DNA from: an uncultured Actinomycetes bacterium
GTDB lineage: Bacteria > Actinomycetota > Actinomycetes > S36-B12 > CAIYMF01
Reading direction: 5' to 3'
Assembly (NCBI GenBank): GCA_963738455.1
Contig: CAVTWM010000002.1
Location: 2,815 to 66,814, forward strand
Length of the DNA stretch: 64,000 bases
Of the stretch, positions 57,401-64,000 are shown piece by piece. The position numbers and the translations under genes were made by a program. The notes below the pieces were generated by a model. It was not told where the DNA came from and did not search any database. It saw nothing but the letters and a program-made list of their open reading frames with translations. Position 1 is the stretch's first letter. Each line of letters begins with the position of its first letter.

Positions 57401-57672
57401 TCGTCGATCGCGAGGGCGGAGAGGTCAGATGAGAGCTCTCCTACCCCGCGTTCGGCCAACTCGGCGGCGGCGACGTAAGCGCCGTCGGCCCCGGTGGCGA
57501 AGGACTCCAGCCACGTCGTCTTGCCGTAGCCCGCGGTCGCGGTGACAAGGACGCACTCCTTGCCGCGTGCGGCAGATCGAGCCCCGACCACCACGTCACC
57601 ACCCTCGAGGGTCCGCCAGGAGTCCGCGCACGGGATGCGGCGGACACTACGCCCGCTCGGTGACGCGGGCAT
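54475..57672 (-). CDS. STAND ATPase-TPR regulator with C-terminal wHTH and BTAD domains
   Basis: Walker A ATAGYGKTT, LAIDDL, LTGGWPA, TPR-like helices, then VRVLGGFEV, LWPDD, YRGDAF and DPLDESAHRQLV; ORF intact. Confidence 0.9.
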   Translation of the reverse strand: MPASPSGRSVRRIPCADSWRTLEGGDVVVGARSAARGKECVLVTATAGYGKTTWLESFATGADGAYVAAAELAERGVGELSSDLSALAIDDLDELSPQRRTALLTAVAGLPASVRIALASRRPLGAAARGLLRHGLADRTAADLALTPSANARVLRDEHGVADSDVAELVHHLTGGWPALVHHAGDLLGRQGADPSALLPGLARPGAPAAQWLESQVLVDVPGPALQVLHLVLDLGPVTAALCADLAAFAGLDGATGGARARDACDLLTRSGLLVPDLRSGGPRGHDVWRPVPVLAEVVRARAPVPGDAEPRRAARAAAASWYEAHGYPLAAAVLRDDIGDRRGASALVESRSDEMLAAGGAAEVSRLLEHVPASRRSRRVSLILGDARRMAGDPSGASRALEPLVAAARAGRWTAGLAWRMAMVHYITGEFRSALDVCAAALLEVAPADADFDTVQLLSVRAAALFMVGEADESRTCADDALTRADASGDDRARAAANLGAALAATGERREAHLRRAHEAADRAGDVVALSRILVNQADGLLEDARYAPALEVGVRALRAAQQGAPPGIVVTALYNVGEALTRLGRYDEAAFAFDRSVRISRRAGLRRTAPGLLGLGEVGRLLGRREQARMSLEEAVEHARSAGEMQVLIPALSGLTRLLLDGGDDDLLAARATATEAETLAPPEQLASALVARGWVALAEGDLAVAQDRVQRAITAARTGRSVPALAESLELAAAVSSDVDVARSHLHEALALWTASGALPSADRILVLLGRLPGAVGSDRVAAREAGHRLLSLGVRAVAGDPALPAEGVSAPLHVRVLGGFEVVAGGRPVRMTAWRSRQARTLVKMLAARRGRPIPRGEVCEILWPDDEPQRTAHRLSVLLSVVRGVLDPAKAWDPDHYIRADAAGVSLDLTHVTVDALDLMRDATHAEQLGRSGDVGRARELLLEVDSAYRGDAFDEEPYEEWAEPLREETRAAWIRALRTSAELSIQLGEPDQAITTLVRLLAADPLDESAHRQLVGVLVDSGRHGEARRAWERWAAAMRSIDAPEPSESLLRGSGPAPL

Positions 57673-57680
57673 CCCTTCCG

Positions 57681-57720
57681 TGCTGATGCCGTGCTGACGT
57701 CGCGCTGACCGGGGACTGAG
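57681..57720 (+). promoter_or_regulatory. 11-bp-phased GCTGA(C/T) direct repeats (SARP/BTAD-type site)
   Basis: TGCTGAT at 57681, TGCTGAC at 57692, CGCTGAC at 57703 and GACTGAG at 57714. Confidence 0.6.
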
Positions 57721-57825
57721 AGGCGGCCGCGAGCCTGGGGCCAGTACGCCGAGGCAGTCACCAGGAGGACCTTCCTCTGACGACCGCCGAGGCTCCGACG
57801 AGCCGCACGAGAGGGTGGAACTCCG

Positions 57826-58242
57826 ATGCTGATCCAGGCACCCGACCACTGGCCGACCCCGATCGTGGCGACGGTGGCCATGGCCCTGCTCGCCGGGCTC
57901 GACCTCGCGGGGACCTTCGCGGCGAAGGAGGCCGTGCTGCGTAGGTCGCTGTGGATCGGAGTCGCTGGCGCCGCGCTGTTCCTGGTCCTCTTCTGGGTGC
58001 TCGCCTCGGCGCTGCAGTACGCCGAGCTCGCGCCGGTCACGTTCGGCTGGATCGTGATCCTGCAGATCGGCGTGCTGCTGCTCGACCGGTTCCGGTACGG
58101 GACGGAGATCTCGACCGGAGCCTGGGTGGCGGTCGCCGCGATGCTCGTGGCCCAGGGTTACCTCGTGCTCGGAGCACCGGCGCACAGCGAGCCGCCCGAG
58201 GCCGCATCGACCGTGGTCAACGTCGCGGGATCGGTCCGATGA
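57826..58242 (+). CDS. Four-TM small membrane protein (SMR/DMT-like)
   Basis: Four hydrophobic helices with LQYAELAPVTFGW; GAGGGTGG upstream. Confidence 0.7.
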   Translation: MLIQAPDHWPTPIVATVAMALLAGLDLAGTFAAKEAVLRRSLWIGVAGAALFLVLFWVLASALQYAELAPVTFGWIVILQIGVLLLDRFRYGTEISTGAWVAVAAMLVAQGYLVLGAPAHSEPPEAASTVVNVAGSVR

Positions 58243-58856
58243 CGGCGTACGGCGAGCGGGTCCCCGGGCTGATGGTCGCGGGCCGGGCTGTCCGGGCCGG
58301 CGTCGTCGACGAGCGGCAGGTCCGCGCCGCAGCCGGGCTGACGATGGCCCTGGGAGCCGTCGCCTTCGGGTACGCCTTCCTCGGCAAGGAGTTCGCGCCG
58401 ATCAAGATCGTGACCGTGCTCTTCCTCGTCGAGTTCGGCCTCCGCACGACCCTCGGCCTGCGGTTCGCCCCCGTCGGTCGCGTGGCCCGGCTCCTGGTGC
58501 GGCGCGGCGAGCCGGAGTGGGTCTCGGCCACACCGAAGCGGTTCGCCTGGTCCCTGGGCGTGGTCATGTCCGCGTCGATGGCGCTGATCACGAACGCGAA
58601 CGTGCGGGGACTCCTCCCGATGTCGATCTGCCTGCTCTGCCTGACCCTGATGTGGATGGAGTCGGTGCTCGGCCTCTGCCTCGGCTGCGAGGCGTACCGG
58701 CTCCTCGTCGGCAGGGGCTGGATTCCGGTGAGCGACACCATCGAGATCTGCGCCCACGGGGCGTGCACGGTGCCAGCCGTGACGGAACGCCGAGACTCGC
58801 CGCCGCGGGGGGCGGACGCCATTGCCCGGCGACCCCTCAGTTGGGGACGAGGCTGA
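58239..58856 (+). CDS. DUF4395 domain membrane protein
   Basis: VDERQVRAAAG, PKRFAWSLG and ESVLGLCLGC; ATGA overlap with the upstream gene. Confidence 0.85.
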   Translation: MTAYGERVPGLMVAGRAVRAGVVDERQVRAAAGLTMALGAVAFGYAFLGKEFAPIKIVTVLFLVEFGLRTTLGLRFAPVGRVARLLVRRGEPEWVSATPKRFAWSLGVVMSASMALITNANVRGLLPMSICLLCLTLMWMESVLGLCLGCEAYRLLVGRGWIPVSDTIEICAHGACTVPAVTERRDSPPRGADAIARRPLSWGRG

Positions 58857-59490
58857 GCCGCACCGGCCCGACGGAGCTGCGGACGAAGACCTGACCGCCC
58901 GGTGTGACGAGGCGCTTCCAGCCGCTGATCGTGGCCGTCTCGATGCGCGCTCCGGGGTGGGTCAGGAACCCGAGGAGCCGGGCCGCGTGCAGTGCGCGCA
59001 TGGGGAGCCCGCCCCACCCGGGGGCGTCCCACGTGGCCTCGGCTACCAGCTCGGCCTGGAACGACCCGGACTTCGGGATCGTCGCGCGGAAAGCGGCCAC
59101 GGCCGCGTCGACCTTCGGCGGAGACGTCGCCGGCCATCCCGCGCTCGCCCGGCGTCCACGGGGACGACGGCGGGAGCACGGCCAGGGACGGCGAGCCGGT
59201 GACCGCGTCCGGGACCGGGAACGGCGAGCTCGCGGGAAGCTGGGCGACGTCGCCGATGATGTCGCGGACCCGCCCGGCCGACACCGTGGTGTCGAAGGAC
59301 TCGGCGACCGCGTTCCGCGAGCGGCAGCGCCACGAACGCGAGGACGTCGAGCGGGCTCGGCGCGTAGACGCCGACGACGCCTCCGCGCGCCTGCAACCGG
59401 ACGGCGGCACGCTCGTCCCAACCCGTGATGCGGCCCAGGAACGCGGCCAGGTAGGCGCGCCTCGTCCTTGCGCAGGGTCAGGGTCGCCAC
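58837..59490 (-). CDS. Conserved hypothetical protein (Rv2474c-like), frameshifted
   Basis: LPMRALHAARLLGFL and GWKRLVTPGGQVF; directly downstream of the thioesterase as in conserved synteny. Confidence 0.65.
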   Translation of the reverse strand: MATLTLRKDEARLPGRVPGPHHGLGRACRRPVAGARRRRRRLRAEPARRPRVRGAAARGTRSPSPSTPRCRPGGSATSSATSPSFPRARRSRSRTRSPARRPWPCSRRRPRGRRASAGWPATSPPKVDAAVAAFRATIPKSGSFQAELVAEATWDAPGWGGLPMRALHAARLLGFLTHPGARIETATISGWKRLVTPGGQVFVRSSVGPVRLSLVPN

Positions 59491-59494
59491 CGCG

Positions 59495-59965
59495 TCAGCC
59501 CGTCGCAGCGGGATCGGTGACCTTGCCGGCGACCGCGGCGTCGCCGTCGGCGAGCGCGCCGTCGTCGAGGAACCTGGCCAGCTCCGTGCGCATCTGCTCG
59601 TCGAGCGGGCGAGGTGCCCCGCTCTCGAGGTCGACGACCACGATGACGGTCGAGGCGTGCGCGTAGACGATGTCGCCCGTCTCCTCGCGGATGTCGTAGG
59701 CGACGGAGTACGACGTGCGCCCGATGCGCGTGACCCAGGTGTCGACGACGACCGGGGCGGTACGGAACAGGAGCGGTCGCTTGTAGTCGATCTCGTGCCG
59801 CGCGACGACCGCACCGAGCTCGCTCTCGAGCCCGCGGCGACCGAGCTCGATGAGCATCTGCACGCGCGCGTCCTCGAGGAAGCGCAGGAACTGCACGTTG
59901 TTCACGTGCCGCAACGCGTCCATGTCCGACCAGCGGAGCTGGACGTGATACCGGTGCCGAGCCAT
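59495..59965 (-). CDS. Acyl-CoA thioesterase (YbgC/FadM hot-dog family)
   Basis: LRWSDMDALRHVNN...LEDAR and VVARHEIDYKRPL. Confidence 0.92.
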   Translation of the reverse strand: MARHRYHVQLRWSDMDALRHVNNVQFLRFLEDARVQMLIELGRRGLESELGAVVARHEIDYKRPLLFRTAPVVVDTWVTRIGRTSYSVAYDIREETGDIVYAHASTVIVVVDLESGAPRPLDEQMRTELARFLDDGALADGDAAVAGKVTDPAATG

Positions 59966-59978
59966 GACGCCGGCCGCC

Positions 59979-61680
<1,702 letters not shown>

Positions 61681-61861
61681 GGGTCCGACCTGCAGAGCGT
61701 GGGGCGGTGACAGGGGATCAGGGTACTTCGCCCCGATTCTCGGGCACTCCCAGCCGCTCGCGAGTGGCAGGACGTAGAGCCGAGTTCTGTTCCAAGTGGA
61801 CCCGGCGATCCTAGCCTGGACCAGCGCACCGCTGCGCCACGCGAACGGAGGTCGGAGGCAG

Positions 61862-62395
61862 GTGGGGTTGTGGGACATCGCGGCGCTCCCGCCGGACGCT
61901 GAGCTCAGACGGATGGTTCAGGACGGCCTGACGCACAACGAGATCGCGGCCGAGGTCACGCGCCGCACCGGATTCGTGTACCCGGCTGCCACCCTCAGCG
62001 CCGCGCTGTCGCGAGCGACGCTCACGGAGACCACCGGCCACCGATACTTCGACTGCATCCCCTGGCGCGTCCGCCCGAGCACGCGGCCGCCGAGCCGGCT
62101 CCGGATGCTGCGCCTCCTCGGGAAGCGGCGTAGCGGGTTCCCGCTCGACGACGTCTCGGCGGCTCGGCTCGACGCCTGGCTGCAGATCCTGGAGCGGGAG
62201 CGGCTCGTCGTGGCCTACTGCCCGGAGCAGGTCGGGTTCGTGTACGTGGACGAGTCCCTGCGCGGAGGCCCGAACCCGGACCTGCCCATCCGGGTCCAGG
62301 CGGGCGGCGTGCTGAGTCAGCCGAGCAGTCGCACGACGGTCCTTCCCACCACGGCGCCTCGATCAGGCCGCCGAATCCGCGGTGAGCCCGGCTGA
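61862..62395 (+). CDS. Actinophage-type immunity repressor homologue (N-terminal HTH plus conserved C-terminal domain), orphan
   Basis: LPPDAELRRMVQDGLTHNEIA...TLSAALSRA (HTH), IPWRV, RMLRLLG, RLDAWL...LVVAYCP, GFVYV and DLPIRV; GGAGG before GTG 61862. Confidence 0.72.
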   Translation: MGLWDIAALPPDAELRRMVQDGLTHNEIAAEVTRRTGFVYPAATLSAALSRATLTETTGHRYFDCIPWRVRPSTRPPSRLRMLRLLGKRRSGFPLDDVSAARLDAWLQILERERLVVAYCPEQVGFVYVDESLRGGPNPDLPIRVQAGGVLSQPSSRTTVLPTTAPRSGRRIRGEPG

Positions 62396-62914
62396 GCCGG
62401 GTCCGGGATCCTCGACCGGGGTCGCCGTCGCCGGGTCGACGGCCGCGAGGCCGGGAACGGCCCAGCCGGTGCTGTCGGTGCCGAACGCGCTGGAAGGCTC
62501 GGGGTCGACGACCCGCTCCCCCGCCGCGACGGCCTCGCGCGCGAGGTCGGCGGTCTGGGGACCTCGGCGGGTGCGCACGAAGGCGGCGGTGCCGCGGGTG
62601 AGGTCGTGGCCGACGAAGTCGGCGTCGACCTCGATCACGGTGACCTTCTGCCCCTCCCGCTCGTACTCCCGCTGACGGAGCTTGCCGACGACCACGACCG
62701 GCTGGCCCCGGTGCACCGACGTCGCGACGTTCTCGCCGAACGCGCGCCAGGCGGCCACGTTGATGTAGGTCGTGCGCTCGACGTACTGGCCGGTGCGCTT
62801 GTCGGTGAACCCGTTCTGGGCCGCCATGCGGAAGTTGGCGACGGCGACGCCCGCGACGTAGCGGAGCGAGATGTCGTTGACGACGTTGCCGACGAGCGTG
62901 ACTGTGGTCTGCAT
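62363..62914 (-). CDS. ssb: Single-stranded DNA-binding protein (secondary, ettA-linked paralogue)
   Basis: VTLVGNV, VANFRMA, AENV-like FGENVATSVHRGQPVVVVGKLRQREY and VGHDLTRG. Confidence 0.9.
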   Translation of the reverse strand: MQTTVTLVGNVVNDISLRYVAGVAVANFRMAAQNGFTDKRTGQYVERTTYINVAAWRAFGENVATSVHRGQPVVVVGKLRQREYEREGQKVTVIEVDADFVGHDLTRGTAAFVRTRRGPQTADLAREAVAAGERVVDPEPSSAFGTDSTGWAVPGLAAVDPATATPVEDPGPGSAGLTADSAA

Positions 62915-63136
62915 CGGGACCTCCAGGAGGTTCGGGACCGGACGTCCCCGGCCCTGCGTGAGGGACCCTCGGGCGCCGTCCCCGACCGCGCGCCTCGGCC
63001 GGGAACCGGCGCCCTGTGGAGCACGTGCCGACCGCCGCCGTCTGTGGAGCCGCGTCCGGTGCGGAGCCCTGCTGCACGGGGACCGGTGCCGAGGGGGCAC
63101 GATGGACGCCCACCACGCGAGCCGAAGGGGACGACG

Positions 63137-64000
63137 CTGAGCTCCGACGACACGCACGCGACGCATCCGCCTGCCCGTCCGCCGACGTGGTCGACGCCGA
63201 CACTCGCGGCGGAGCAGGTCGCGGTCGACGAGCGCTACCGGCGTCGCGACGACCTGCTGCGCAGCGCCGAGCACCAGCTCGACCGCGTCCGGCGTGGGCC
63301 GACAGCCGGGACGCCGGGCGCCCGCACCGAGCGCGACGCGTTCGACGCGATGTACTCCGAGCGCATCGCCGCACTCCGGGCCGCCGACGAGCGCCTGGTG
63401 TTCGGCCGGATGGACCTCGCCGACGAGCCGCTGCGCTACGTGGGGCGGATCGGGCTCTCGGACGAGGCGCAGGAGCAGATCCTCTACGACTGGCGGTCCC
63501 CCGCGGCCGAGCCGTTCTACCGCGCGACGGCCGCGAACCCGCTGGGCGTCACCCGACGTCGACACCTGTCCACAGCCGGACCGGACCGTGACCCACCTCG
63601 AGGACGACGTCCTGGACCTCGCGGCGCATCCCGACACCGGCGACGTCCACGGCGGCGGCGCGCTGATGGCGGCGCTCGGTGCCCACCGCACGGGCCGCAT
63701 GCGCGACATCGTCGCCACGATCCAGGGCGAGCAGGACCGCATCATCCGGTCACCGCTCGCGGGGACGCTCGTCGTGCAGGGCGCCCCCGGCTGCGGGAAG
63801 ACCGTCGTCGCGCTGCACCGTGCGGCGTACCTGCTCTACACGCACCGCGAGCGCATCGCGAAGTCCGGCGTCCTGGTCATCGGCCCGAACCGGCAGTTCC
63901 TCCGCTACATCGAGCAGGTGCTGCCGTCCCTGGGCGAGACCAGTGCGGTGCTGGTGACGCAGGGACAGCTCTACCCCGGCGTGGACGCCGGACCGGACCG
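63137..64000 (+). CDS. helD: RNA polymerase recycling ATPase HelD, 5' part; frameshifted and truncated by the window end
   Basis: LVFGRMD, YVGRIG, DWRSPAAEPFYRAT, MRDIVATIQGEQD, QGAPGCGKTVVALHRAAYLLY and GPNRQFLRYIEQVLPSLGE. Confidence 0.88.
   Translation, partial: MSSDDTHATHPPARPPTWSTPTLAAEQVAVDERYRRRDDLLRSAEHQLDRVRRGPTAGTPGARTERDAFDAMYSERIAALRAADERLVFGRMDLADEPLRYVGRIGLSDEAQEQILYDWRSPAAEPFYRATAANPLGVTRRRHLSTAGPDRDPPRGRRPGPRGASRHRRRPRRRRADGGARCPPHGPHARHRRHDPGRAGPHHPVTARGDARRAGRPRLREDRRRAAPCGVPALHAPRAHREVRRPGHRPEPAVPPLHRAGAAVPGRDQCGAGDAGTALPRRGRRTGP

Noticed and set aside
61681-62914. Prophage around the repressor-like gene and ssb
   Set aside because: No integrase, structural genes or att repeats; this ssb is the usual chromosomal paralogue next to ettA.
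62915-63136. Rifamycin-associated element upstream of helD (helR-type resistance)
   Set aside because: No CTTGCGGCAAG-type palindrome is visible, so it is treated as ordinary helD.

Overview
High-GC actinomycete chromosome segment. Single-base frameshifts are frequent, even in pepN, ettA and helD, and look like long-read indel errors, so split ORFs are joined here into single genes. About 1-34 kb is accessory: a MalT-like/LuxR regulator next to three different K+ channel-type genes and two LPG-synthase-TM (flippase-like) proteins; a Pls/PosA poly-amino-acid synthetase cluster (pls, M1 peptidase, PPTase); an orphan cNMP-binding histidine kinase; a second MalT-like cassette; a secreted matrixin; and a TetR-kstD-like-SDR unit. 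About 34-64 kb follows the conserved actinobacterial nei-rpiB-pepN-DUF5130-glbO-alpha-glucosidase-thioesterase-ettA-ssb backbone. Insertions in it include malQ, a prolyl oligopeptidase, a PQ-loop transporter with LacI, a DUF222-HNH gene, and a STAND-TPR-BTAD regulator with 11-bp-phased repeats on both flanks. The most notable items are an orphan actinophage-type immunity-repressor homologue between ettA and ssb with no prophage around it, the Pls cluster, a family of ~60-66 bp CGAGTAAC-ended intergenic palindromes, and the BTAD module. No rRNA, tRNA or CRISPR array was seen. All family calls come from motif recognition, not database searches.
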